64,000 nt of DNA, from contig OZ220471.1 in NCBI GenBank assembly GCA_965115835.1, positions 1,486,157-1,550,156 on the forward strand. The letters run 5' to 3'. Positions 55,767-64,000 of the stretch are shown in pieces. The notes under the pieces are model-generated. The model saw nothing but the letters and a program-made list of their open reading frames with translations. It had not been told where the DNA came from and ran no database searches. The first letter of the stretch is position 1; each line of letters opens with the position of its first letter. This DNA is from Gammaproteobacteria bacterium. Lineage in GTDB: Bacteria > Pseudomonadota > Gammaproteobacteria > Steroidobacterales > Foliamicaceae. The position numbers and the translations under genes are program-made.

Positions 55767-58723
55767 CACGCTGTCTCCGCCCGCCGCCAGGTGTCCACGC
55801 CGGTCCATTTCTCGAACTGGATCAGAGAGGTGTTCGGCGCCATGCCGCTGGCTTGCGCGGTAATGGTTTTCTTGGGATTGAGCATGTTCACGCACCCGCC
55901 CAGGTCGGTCGAGTTGCCCGGTTCGCCAACCGGTCGGTATTGGGCGGATCCGGTACAGGCGCTGACCACGCCCCGCCGCAGCCGATCCGTCACCTGGGCG
56001 GCGCAGACCACCGAGCCCCGGTGGTTCCACAAGCGTATGAGATCGTCGTCCTCAACCCCCCGTTCCTCCGCATCCTGGCGGTTGACGCGCGCCACCAGGT
56101 AGGAATGGCCGTTCACCGTGACCCGGTGCTCGCGGATGTCCTGGAGCGTGCAGCCCTCGTCGTCACCCATGATGTGAAACGGGTAGCGCGTGTGAGGCGT
56201 CAGCAGTTGCAGGGGAAAATCCGCCAGATCCGGTTCGGCCTCGGCGTTCTCGTAGTTCTTCTGGTACTCGTTGAGCGGCCGGCGCGCGGGATCGTCGATC
56301 TTGCCCAGGGTGCCGGGCAGGAACTCGAACTTGCCGGACGGCGTTTGCAGTCCGTCGCCGAAATCCGCCACGTAATCCGACGGCAGCGGATAGGGCTCGG
56401 GCGTGTCTTTCTTGCGGCCCTCGTAGAACCAGCGGTTGGCCGTTGGAGCGCGGGCGTTTTCCGGATCCGCGGGCACCACGAAATAGCCTTTCTGCAGAAA
56501 CTTCTTCCAGGAAGTGTGCTTGGCCAGATCCGACGAATCGAACACGCGCTTGCACCAGTCGAGTTCGGTGTTGCCGCCTTCGGAATACAGCGCCCCCAGC
56601 CCCAGGCGCTCGGCAATGGCGAGGAAGATGTCGTAATCGGACTTCGACTCGCCGAGCGGCTCGATGCACTTGTGCTGCAGCGAGATCACCCGGTGATTGA
56701 CCATCGAGAACATGTGATGCACATAGCCCGCGCCAACGTTGTAGTACTCGCCGATGTCCCAGCGTTCGAATACGGTGCAGGCGGGAAGGACGATGTCCGC
56801 GTACGGGGTCTCGCCCTCCCACCAGACCGACTGGTTGACGACGAAAGGCAGGTTCTCCGACTGATACATCTGCACCCAGCGGTTGGAGTCGACCATGGTG
56901 CCGAACGAGGAGCTTCCGTACTTGTACATCATCTGGATTTTGGCGTGACCGGGCGCCGGGTAGCCGAAACGGAGGAACTGGCCCTGAACCGAGGAAACAT
57001 CGGTCAGAAAACCCATCGCCTTCCCCTCCATGATCGCCTCGGGCAAACGGATCTTGGGAATGTTCTGGCGCGACGAGTTCATGGTCACGACATGCGGCAT
57101 GCGCTGGTAGTTGTTGGCCGCATTGGCGCTGTACGTCAGCTCGCCCGACATGCTGCCTTCCGCATAGCCGGGGAAGTAGAAGGAGAAGTCCACCGGAGTG
57201 CCAAACTGAAGGTTGCCGAAGTTCACTCCCGCCCTCCCGAAACCCTGCATCGCGCCCAGGATGGTCATCATCCGCGCCCACTGGATGCCCATGGGCCCGC
57301 GGCCGGCGCCGCCGAGGCCACAGCCCCAGCCGCCGGCGCCGAGATAGGTCTTGCTGCGCCCCCATTCCCTCGCCAGCGCCCGGACCTCGCGCGCAGGCAC
57401 CCCGGTCTCCGCCTCCTGCCACTCGGGAGTCTTGGGCGTACCGTCGGATTCGCCGAGGATATAGGCCTTCCATTCGCCGAAGCCGGTGGTTCGCCGGTCG
57501 ACGAATTCCTTGTCGTAGAGGCCCTCGGTGATCCATACATGGCACAACGCCTGGGCCAGCGCGGAATCGGCGCCGGGTTTCGGCGAGATCCACTTGCCGC
57601 CCAGATGGGCCGCCGTGTGGTTCAGGAACGGATCGATATGGACCATCCTGATGCCCAGTTCCCTGGCCCACTCGCGCCGCACGGTCCCCTCGTAGCCGTA
57701 GCTGGCGTCCGGGTCGCTCGACCAGAACACGATCAGCTCCGCTTCCTTGAGGCAGTCCTCCACGGTGCCGTAGAACTCCGGCGTCCCCAGCCGCATGCTG
57801 TTGCCCCAGTGGTGCATGGCGCCCCAGTACCACCCCTCCCAGCTATCGGGGTTGTTGTGCAGCTTGGAACAGCCGATGAGGTTCCAGAAGCGATTGAAGG
57901 CGCTCAGGTAATGACCGAGATTGCCCCACTGGTGGTGTGAGCCGTGCGCCACCAGCACGGCCCCCGGGCCATGGCTCTTGGAACGCTTGATCTCCCTGAC
58001 CACGATGTCCAGCGCCTCGTCCCAACTGATCCGCTCGAATGCCGACTTGCCGCGGTTTTGGATATTGCGGTCGCCGTCGGGGTCGAAGTCCACCCGCTTC
58101 ATGGGATGGAGAATGCGGTTTTTCGAGTAGACCATGGATTTCTGGCACATGCCATGCGCGGCCAGGGTAGTGCGCCGCGGCGGCGTGAAGGTCTTTCCCC
58201 TGGCCCTTATGGTCCAGGACGGAGCGTCTTCGTCGTCGAAGTCCAGGGGAGTGACCCTGATGATCTTGCCGTCCTTGACGTACACGAAGATCGGCCCACC
58301 GTTGGTACCGTTGGTGTAGCGGACGACGCCGTTGCCCATGTCGGCGCCGCTCTTCCAGCGCACCGTCTGCATCCGGTTGAGCGTGCTCATGAACCACACC
58401 GCCAGATCGTCCGTGCCCTCCACCAGGAGCTTGAAGTTCTTGGCGGCGTCGATCCGCACCAACGGATCGAACGGCGGTGTGAGAAACTCCTCGGCGATGG
58501 CCTTGTTCTTGAATATAATGGAGAAATCGGGCTTTTCATGGATGCCCTTGCGCGACTTCACCTTGCCTTTCTTCAGTTGGACCCAGCGGCCTTGCGAGTT
58601 GTCCTGCAACTTGAATTGCGCCACCAGATCCCTCTCCTTGAGCCGGTTCGCAAACTCGGGGTACAAGCGCGCAGCGAGCCGCAGTGCTTGCACCATGGCG
58701 AAGAGAATGGCCGAAAATCGCAT
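55766..58723 (-). CDS. Molybdopterin oxidoreductase large subunit, pyrogallol-transhydroxylase (AthL)-like, with an N-terminal SCP2-like extension
   Basis: ATG 58723 after GGGAGGA. From GGPIFVYVKDGKIIRVTPLDFDD...TFTPPRRT...NPDSWEGWYWG...FWSSDP...YFPGYAEG...NHRVISLQHKCIEP it tracks the Pelobacter AthL sequence as I recall it. I see no Tat signal and no N-terminal Cys cluster. The first ~115 aa look SCP2-like (AQFKLQDNSQGRWVQLKKGKV...FKLLVEGTDDL). Confidence 0.8.
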   Translation of the reverse strand: MRFSAILFAMVQALRLAARLYPEFANRLKERDLVAQFKLQDNSQGRWVQLKKGKVKSRKGIHEKPDFSIIFKNKAIAEEFLTPPFDPLVRIDAAKNFKLLVEGTDDLAVWFMSTLNRMQTVRWKSGADMGNGVVRYTNGTNGGPIFVYVKDGKIIRVTPLDFDDEDAPSWTIRARGKTFTPPRRTTLAAHGMCQKSMVYSKNRILHPMKRVDFDPDGDRNIQNRGKSAFERISWDEALDIVVREIKRSKSHGPGAVLVAHGSHHQWGNLGHYLSAFNRFWNLIGCSKLHNNPDSWEGWYWGAMHHWGNSMRLGTPEFYGTVEDCLKEAELIVFWSSDPDASYGYEGTVRREWARELGIRMVHIDPFLNHTAAHLGGKWISPKPGADSALAQALCHVWITEGLYDKEFVDRRTTGFGEWKAYILGESDGTPKTPEWQEAETGVPAREVRALAREWGRSKTYLGAGGWGCGLGGAGRGPMGIQWARMMTILGAMQGFGRAGVNFGNLQFGTPVDFSFYFPGYAEGSMSGELTYSANAANNYQRMPHVVTMNSSRQNIPKIRLPEAIMEGKAMGFLTDVSSVQGQFLRFGYPAPGHAKIQMMYKYGSSSFGTMVDSNRWVQMYQSENLPFVVNQSVWWEGETPYADIVLPACTVFERWDIGEYYNVGAGYVHHMFSMVNHRVISLQHKCIEPLGESKSDYDIFLAIAERLGLGALYSEGGNTELDWCKRVFDSSDLAKHTSWKKFLQKGYFVVPADPENARAPTANRWFYEGRKKDTPEPYPLPSDYVADFGDGLQTPSGKFEFLPGTLGKIDDPARRPLNEYQKNYENAEAEPDLADFPLQLLTPHTRYPFHIMGDDEGCTLQDIREHRVTVNGHSYLVARVNRQDAEERGVEDDDLIRLWNHRGSVVCAAQVTDRLRRGVVSACTGSAQYRPVGEPGNSTDLGGCVNMLNPKKTITAQASGMAPNTSLIQFEKWTGVDTWRRAETA

Positions 58724-58818
58724 GTGATTCCTCCCGGCGCGGAACTCCAGGATCAGCGCCACAGGCGCCGGATCATAACAATGTTGGCCGCATTGCGTCA
58801 CCTTCAAGGCCCAGCTTG

Positions 58819-58939
58819 CAGCAATTCCCGCTAACAATGCAGAGTCGTTCGTTCAGGGCCGAATACCCAAGCTTGTGACCATTCTGGTGTTGGACTGGAG
58901 CTGTTTTTCAAGCATTGTCACGCTTGGCGGGAATTGCTG
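58819..58939 (+). mobile_element. MITE copy C (121 bp)
   Basis: Same element as copies A and B. Flanked by a perfect 9-bp direct repeat CCCAGCTTG (58810-58818 and 58940-58948). It sits in the divergent region between the Mo-enzyme gene and folD. Confidence 0.85.
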
Positions 58940-59119
58940 CCCAGCTTGCATCATGGCGATGACTCGTTCGCCCCCTGCCCGGCCGGCCCGGAACAAGGGC
59001 CGCGAGGCGTCCCCGAAGAACCCCCGCCGAGGTCGGGAACCGGTCGGTCGGATAACATTCCCACCTCCGCTCACGGAGCAGACCCGAGCGCCTTTCCCTG
59101 CACGTTTAATGGAAATTTC

Positions 59120-60064
59120 ATGACCGCGCGACTGATTGACGGCAAGGCCATCGCAGCGGAAATCCGCGAGGCCATCCGGCGCGCCATCGGGCAGCGTCTG
59201 GAATCGGGATTGCGGGCGCCGACGCTGGCGACCGTGCTGATCGGAGAGGAACCGGCATCGCGGATCTACGTGCGCAACAAGCGCCGCGCCTGCGCGGCGG
59301 CGGGGATCGAATCGATCGATCACAACCTGCCGGTGGAAACCCGCGAGCAGGAGCTGCTGGCGCTGATCGACGCCTGCAACCGGGACGAGTCCATTGACGG
59401 CATCCTGGTCCAGCTCCCCCTGCCCGCCCACATCAACCCCATGAACGTGATCCGGAAAATCGATCCCGGCAAGGATGTGGACGGCTTCCACCCGCTCACA
59501 TTCGGGTTGCTGGCGTTGCGCACCCCGCGCCTTCGCCCCTGCACCGCGTTCGGCGTCCTGCGCATGCTGGAGCACATCGGCGTGGATCCCAAGGGCAGGC
59601 ATTGCGTGGTGGTGGGCGCCTCCAATCTGGTGGGCCGTCCACTGGCGCTGGAGCTGCTGCTGGCTGGCGCCACCGTAACCGTTTGCCACCGCTTTACCGC
59701 CAACCTCGAAGGACACATCCGTCAGGCGGAAATCCTGGCCAGCGCCGTGGGCAAGCCGGGGCTTGTGAAGGGGTCATGGATTCGCCCTGGAGCGGTAGTG
59801 CTGGATATCGGGATTACGCGGATGAGCAACGGGAGGCTGCGCGGCGACGTAGAATTCGATCAAGCCTTAAAGCGCGCCCGCTGGATCGCACCCGTTCCGG
59901 GCGGCGTGGGGCCAATGACCGTCGCCATGCTGTTGCAGAATACCCTGGACGCCGCGGTATACAACGCCTCGGCAGCGAGCGGCAACGGCAACGCCGCGGG
60001 CGCCAGGGTTGCCGTTGCCGGAGAAGCCGACCAAATCACCAAGCGCCAGGGAGTCTCGAAATGA
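59120..60064 (+). CDS. folD: Bifunctional methylenetetrahydrofolate dehydrogenase/cyclohydrolase
   Basis: MTARLIDGKAIAAEIR, LATVLIGEEPASRIYVRNK, DGILVQLPLP, VVVGASNLVGRPLA, PVPGGVGPMTVAML. Confidence 0.95.
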   Translation: MTARLIDGKAIAAEIREAIRRAIGQRLESGLRAPTLATVLIGEEPASRIYVRNKRRACAAAGIESIDHNLPVETREQELLALIDACNRDESIDGILVQLPLPAHINPMNVIRKIDPGKDVDGFHPLTFGLLALRTPRLRPCTAFGVLRMLEHIGVDPKGRHCVVVGASNLVGRPLALELLLAGATVTVCHRFTANLEGHIRQAEILASAVGKPGLVKGSWIRPGAVVLDIGITRMSNGRLRGDVEFDQALKRARWIAPVPGGVGPMTVAMLLQNTLDAAVYNASAASGNGNAAGARVAVAGEADQITKRQGVSK

Positions 60065-60669
60065 AGCAAGTCCATGCAGCCATCCGAACCGTAGTCCTTT
60101 GCCTGCCGGCAATGGCCGGATTCGGCCTCGACGCCCAGGAGCCGGCCGAAGCCGAAGAGCCCCTGGAGGACTTCCCGCGGATTCGCGTCGAAACCACCGC
60201 CGGGGCCTTCACGCTCGAATTGTTCGCCCTGGAGGCGCCGCTGACCGTGGCGCAGTTCCTGCGCCTGACCGGCAGCCGCTTCTACGAGGGCGCCATCTTT
60301 CATCGCGTGGTCAAGGGCTTCGTCATTCAGGGCGGCGGTTTTTCAAGCGACTTCCAGGAGCGCAAGGTGGAAGAGACATTGCCCAACGAAGCGGGCAACG
60401 GGCGCTCGAATGTGCGCGGCGCCATCGCCATGGCCCGCACCGGCGAGCCCCATTCGGCCCGCAACCAGTTCTATATCAACTTGCAGGACAACGCTGCGCT
60501 GGATCCACAGCCCGGACGCTGGGGATACGCCGTGTTCGGCCAGGTCATCAGCGGCATGGACGTGATCGACGACATCGGCAGTCGCGCCACCGGGCCGGGC
60601 GGCGGCTTCGCGCGGGATGTGCCGGTGGAACCTGTGATTATCGAGAGGGTGCTGCGCGTGACGCAATGA
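60061..60669 (+). CDS. ppiA: Periplasmic cyclophilin-type peptidyl-prolyl isomerase
   Basis: Signal peptide, then FHRVVKGFVIQGGGF, GAIAMARTGEPHSARNQFYINL, YAVFGQVISGMDVIDDI. The ATG overlaps the folD stop (ATGA). Confidence 0.9.
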   Translation: MKQVHAAIRTVVLCLPAMAGFGLDAQEPAEAEEPLEDFPRIRVETTAGAFTLELFALEAPLTVAQFLRLTGSRFYEGAIFHRVVKGFVIQGGGFSSDFQERKVEETLPNEAGNGRSNVRGAIAMARTGEPHSARNQFYINLQDNAALDPQPGRWGYAVFGQVISGMDVIDDIGSRATGPGGGFARDVPVEPVIIERVLRVTQ

Positions 60670-61388
60670 CCACCCTGTTCATCTCCGATCTGCATCTGGA
60701 CCCCGAGCGGCCCGGCGCAACCCGCGCCTTTCACCGCTTTCTCGACGACCGCGCCTCAAGCGCCGAAGCCCTGTATATCCTCGGCGACCTGTTCGAGGCC
60801 TGGGTGGGCGACGACGACGACGCCCCGCTGGCGCAAGAGGTTGTCGGGGCGCTGGCGCGGCTGACCGCCGGCGGCACGGCGGTTTTCTTTGCCCACGGCA
60901 ACCGCGACTTCCTGGTGGGCGAGGAATTCGCCCGGCGCAGCGGCGCCATGCTGCTTGAGGAAACGAGCGTCGTGGCAATTGGCGGCCAGCGGCGGCTGCT
61001 GATGCATGGCGACAGCATGTGCACGGACGACCACGACTATCAAGCGTTCCGGGCGATGGTCCGCGAGCCCGCGTGGCAGGCGCGGTTCCTCGCCCGGCCG
61101 CTTGAGGAGCGGCGCGCGCTGGCCGCGCAGGCGCGCGACGCCAGCCGCGTATCAACCCGCGGCAAGCCCATGGAAATCATGGATGTCAACCCGTCGGCCG
61201 TGGCCGACGCCATGCGCTCCAGCGGGACATGCCACCTGATCCACGGCCACACACACCGTCCCGCGGTGCACGAATTCGTCCTCGACGGCAAGCCAGCCCG
61301 GCGGACTGTGCTGGGCGACTGGTTCCAGCGCGGCTGGGCGCTGGAATGGAGCGAACAAGGGTTCCGCCTGGACGCCTTCGATATTTGA
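60666..61388 (+). CDS. lpxH: UDP-2,3-diacylglucosamine diphosphatase
   Basis: TLFISDLHL, LYILGDLFEAWVGDD, FAHGNRDFL, LMHGD, IHGHTHRP. The ATG overlaps the ppiA stop (ATGA). Confidence 0.9.
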   Translation: MTTLFISDLHLDPERPGATRAFHRFLDDRASSAEALYILGDLFEAWVGDDDDAPLAQEVVGALARLTAGGTAVFFAHGNRDFLVGEEFARRSGAMLLEETSVVAIGGQRRLLMHGDSMCTDDHDYQAFRAMVREPAWQARFLARPLEERRALAAQARDASRVSTRGKPMEIMDVNPSAVADAMRSSGTCHLIHGHTHRPAVHEFVLDGKPARRTVLGDWFQRGWALEWSEQGFRLDAFDI

Positions 61389-61421
61389 GCCGGATATCTC
61401 CGTCGGCGCCAAGCCGGCGAG

Positions 61422-63062
61422 TCATGCGGGCTGGGTTCCCGGCGCGGGGCGGCGGGCGAGGCGCTGGCGCATTGCGTTGCAGGCGTTGACCGGCGCCTCG
61501 CCGTCGTGTTCGGAGCAGATGGCGGCGAGGCTGCTGTCCAGCGCGGCCAGCGAAAGTCCTGCGTGGTGCTCGTCGCGCCACGCGGTCAGCGCGTCGGTCA
61601 GCCAGCCCAGGGAACGCAGGTTGCGGTTGGCCAGCGCATCCGGCTGGCCCCGTATTTCGGCCAGGACCCCTGTGGCAACATTGAGGATCGCCTCCGCGTC
61701 CTGCGGAACCCACAGCATCAGGCGGCGCGCGTAGATCACGCCGTGCTGCAGGCGCGTGGCCGTGCCGCGCGCCTCGCGATAGTAGCGCTCCATCCAGCGC
61801 ACCGCGCCGTCCACGTCGCCGGCCTCGAAGCTCAGCGTGGCAAGCGGATACATGAAGTAGTAGGGTTCCTCGGAGATTCCAAGCTCCTTCTCCAGCAGGA
61901 CCCGCGCCCGCTCGTTCTCGCCCGCGTCGTGCAGCAAGTTGTAGGCATAGTAGATAACGCTCTGGCGTTCCTGCTGGGTCCCCGCAGAGGCGTCGGCCTG
62001 TTGCACCGCGCTCACGATGCGGTCCAGCAAGGCCGGGTCTGGCAGGGCTTCGGGATCGTCTAGACGCTCCAGTTCCAGCAGCAGCCCCAATGAGGAGATC
62101 GTCGCGGTACTGGTGGCGGCGGGGCTGGCGATGACCGATTCGATCGCCGCCGCGAATGCGGCGCGCAGCCCGTCCCGCCGGGGCGGCTGGGGCGCCATGG
62201 CGGCGAAGGCGGAAGCGAGCTTGCCGGAGAACATTATCAGGTTGTCGAGATCCGGATCCTCCGCGTCCAAAACGCGGGACAGGACGGCATGGTCCGCGGC
62301 CCCCAGGCCCGGATCGCCGGCGGCGATTGCCTCCGAGAGCCGCAGGGCGCGAACCCTGCGGGCCAGCGCAGGATCATTGTCCGGAGCCGTTTCTTCCAGA
62401 CGGCGGAACAGCTCCAGGTAGCGCTCGGGCGCCAGGGTCCGGCGGTCCTGGTACCAGGAGTGATAGGCGAGACGGCGGTACTCGGCCTCATTGAGCGGGC
62501 GCTCGCCGTCGAGCGCCCGCTCGACCAGCTTCGCAACCGGCAGGAGATCGGAACGAGTGTCGTCGAGGGCCGCCATGAAGGAATCGGCCGTCAGGGTGCC
62601 CGGCAGCCGGGTCAGCTCCTGTCCGGAGGCGTCGAAAACGATGACCGAGGGATAGCCCACGGCATCGTGTTTCTCGCCCCAGACCTGGGCGCGCTCGGTA
62701 TCGCCGTCCAGATACACGGCCACGAAATCGCGCGTTGCGGCAATGAACTCGGGCTGCCGGAACAGCGTGCTCTTGAGGGCATTGCAGGGCGGACACCACA
62801 CTGCCCCCCAGTAGAGGAACAGGGGTTTGGCGGACTGCCGGGATTCGGCAAAGGCCTCCTCCACGCTTCCCTGATGCCAGGCAATCGCGGTCTGTTCATC
62901 CGTTGCGGCGGCGGCATCGGGCGCAGAAAGCCCGGCGTCGGGCGCGGGCGTTCCGGCGTCGGGCGCGCAGGAGCAAAGCAAAAGACACGCCGCCAGACTG
63001 GAGAAGGCGGTGGCTGATATTCCCGGGAACGTTCCCGGTGACATTGCCGAAAGACGAATCAT
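61422..63062 (-). CDS. Thioredoxin-fold lipoprotein with a large helical C-terminal domain
   Basis: ATG 63062 (MIRLSAMSPG...). Lipobox-like LLLCSCA, thioredoxin motif LYWGAVWCPPCNAL. The upstream 139 codons of the track ORF cross a 115-bp repeat and are rejected. Confidence 0.7.
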   Translation of the reverse strand: MIRLSAMSPGTFPGISATAFSSLAACLLLCSCAPDAGTPAPDAGLSAPDAAAATDEQTAIAWHQGSVEEAFAESRQSAKPLFLYWGAVWCPPCNALKSTLFRQPEFIAATRDFVAVYLDGDTERAQVWGEKHDAVGYPSVIVFDASGQELTRLPGTLTADSFMAALDDTRSDLLPVAKLVERALDGERPLNEAEYRRLAYHSWYQDRRTLAPERYLELFRRLEETAPDNDPALARRVRALRLSEAIAAGDPGLGAADHAVLSRVLDAEDPDLDNLIMFSGKLASAFAAMAPQPPRRDGLRAAFAAAIESVIASPAATSTATISSLGLLLELERLDDPEALPDPALLDRIVSAVQQADASAGTQQERQSVIYYAYNLLHDAGENERARVLLEKELGISEEPYYFMYPLATLSFEAGDVDGAVRWMERYYREARGTATRLQHGVIYARRLMLWVPQDAEAILNVATGVLAEIRGQPDALANRNLRSLGWLTDALTAWRDEHHAGLSLAALDSSLAAICSEHDGEAPVNACNAMRQRLARRPAPGTQPA

Positions 63063-63142
63063 TAAGTAATCCCCTGCCAAGGAAATGACATGGGCCGCGC
63101 CCCGGGGCTGCGGCCGCGTACGGGTGAGTCTAGCATCCCGGG

Positions 63143-63402
63143 CCGGGAAAAAGCGGCGCTGCGCTCGAACGGCCCTGCGTCCCGTCTGGCTGCGTTGCCC
63201 GCCGGTCGCACAGCCCCCAACAGGCTTGCCGGCAGAGCCGGGACGGACGCCTGACCGCCGGGAAAAAGCGGCGCTGCGCTCGAACAGCCCTGCATCCCGT
63301 CCGGCTGCGTTGCCCGCCGGTCGCACAGCCCCCAACAGGCTTGCCGGCAGCGCCGGGACGGACGCCTGACCGCCGGGAAAAAGCGGCGCTGCGCTCGAAC
63401 GG
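63143..63402. repeat. 115-bp noncoding tandem repeat, 2 full units plus about 30 bp of a third
   Basis: Units start at 63143, 63258 and 63373 (ccgggaaaaagcggcgctgcgctcgaac...). Units 1 and 2 differ at 4 positions. A period of 115 is not a multiple of 3. Confidence 0.9.
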
Positions 63403-63549
63403 GCGTCTGACCGCTCCCGGTGCGACGCGCACTTCCGCCCCCAAGGACTGCCGGCATGGCCGGGAGCCGGATGAGGCAATGCCGCGGGCGATTTGCTAAT
63501 ATCCCGCTTCAGGCCCAGCTGACATGTTCACCGGGATCCGATAACCCGC

Positions 63550-64000
63550 ATGGCGCAAATTCTTCTTCCCAGAAACTCCCGCGTACGGCGCGGCCGCCAT
63601 CACCCCGCGCGGCAAGGCGCCGGCGCCAGCGATTCACGGCGGATACGCCGGTTCAGGATCTACCGCTACAACCCGGACTCGGGGGAAAACCCCCGTGTCG
63701 ACAGTTATGAAGTGGACATGAACGACTGCGCCCCCATGGTGCTGGACGCGCTGATCCACATCAAGGACACGGTGGACTCCACGCTTGCCTTCCGCCGTTC
63801 CTGCCGCGAGGGAATCTGCGGTTCCTGCGCCATGAACATCAACGGACTCAACACCCTGGCCTGCACCCAGGCGGTCGGCGACCTGAAGGGCGAAGTGGCC
63901 ATCTATCCGCTGCCGCATCTCCCGGTGGTGAAGGATCTGGTGCCGGACCTCACGCATTTCTATGCGCAATACGCCGCTGTGGAACCCTGGCTCAAGACCA
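63550..64000 (+). CDS. sdhB: Succinate dehydrogenase iron-sulfur subunit (5' part; runs off the right edge)
   Basis: Not in the ORF track (no stop in the window). My translation from ATG 63550: [20 protein letters not shown]...[71 protein letters not shown]. Confidence 0.85.
   Translation, partial: MAQILLPRNSRVRRGRHHPARQGAGASDSRRIRRFRIYRYNPDSGENPRVDSYEVDMNDCAPMVLDALIHIKDTVDSTLAFRRSCREGICGSCAMNINGLNTLACTQAVGDLKGEVAIYPLPHLPVVKDLVPDLTHFYAQYAAVEPWLKT

Noticed and set aside
22092-58939. Regular ~18.4-kb spacing of the three MITE copies as a meaningful pattern, or MITEs as borders of a composite transposon
   Set aside because: The intervals contain ordinary core genes (dnaB, ribosomal proteins, valS-type synteny). 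Each copy has its own target duplication, which indicates independent insertions. The spacing is most likely coincidence.
63063-63479. N-terminal 139 codons of the 685-aa ORF, and the overlapping ORFs 63062-63457 and 63130-63444
   Set aside because: They cross a 115-bp tandem repeat whose period is not a multiple of 3, so successive units are read in different frames. The thioredoxin-like protein has a sensible start and lipoprotein signal at ATG 63062.

Overview
This is a high-GC, gene-dense chromosomal segment that looks gammaproteobacterial. Most of it is housekeeping in familiar synteny: nnr <> queG; panC-panB-dNK-pcnB; tRNA-Glu; lptG-lptF <> pepA-valS; iorA-iorB-dsbB; tsaB, a DinG-like helicase, dnaB-rplI-rpsR-rpsF and an rnr-like gene; folD-ppiA-lpxH; sdhB. 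Several accessory insertions interrupt it.

The main one is a ~13.3-kb block of ten genes on one strand (26253-39568). It starts as a type I R-M operon (hsdR-hsdM...hsdS). The hsdM/hsdS junction has been split by a two-gene cassette: a SAMHD1-like HD dNTPase plus a Panacea/DUF4065-like protein. The split left a 169-bp duplicated hsdM 3' end. hsdS is then translationally coupled to vsr-dcm and to an uncharacterised pair. One is a 985-aa double-GHKL protein (MORC-like ATPase fused to a histidine-kinase core). The other is a 521-aa receiver-domain protein with an unknown C-terminal domain. I rate this Dcm/Vsr-linked kinase/receiver pair as the best candidate for an undescribed (defence) system. 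The dNTPase/Panacea-like cassette embedded in the R-M operon is second.

Other accessory items:
- an ABC-type ATPase + DUF4276 pair wedged between nnr and queG
- an AbiEii-like nucleotidyltransferase without AbiEi
- a 121-bp MITE in three copies with 16-bp inverted ends and 9-bp target duplications
- an AT-rich island carrying a membrane-anchored SNase-like nuclease, next to a zeta-toxin-like pair
- a pyrogallol-transhydroxylase-like Mo enzyme with an SCP2-like N-terminal fusion
- ribosomal proteins S6 and L9 with long acidic repeat tails (39-bp x 9 repeat in rpsF)
- a 115-bp noncoding tandem repeat upstream of sdhB

All calls come from reading the ORF translations and the DNA by eye. No searches were run, and family names are recognition from memory.
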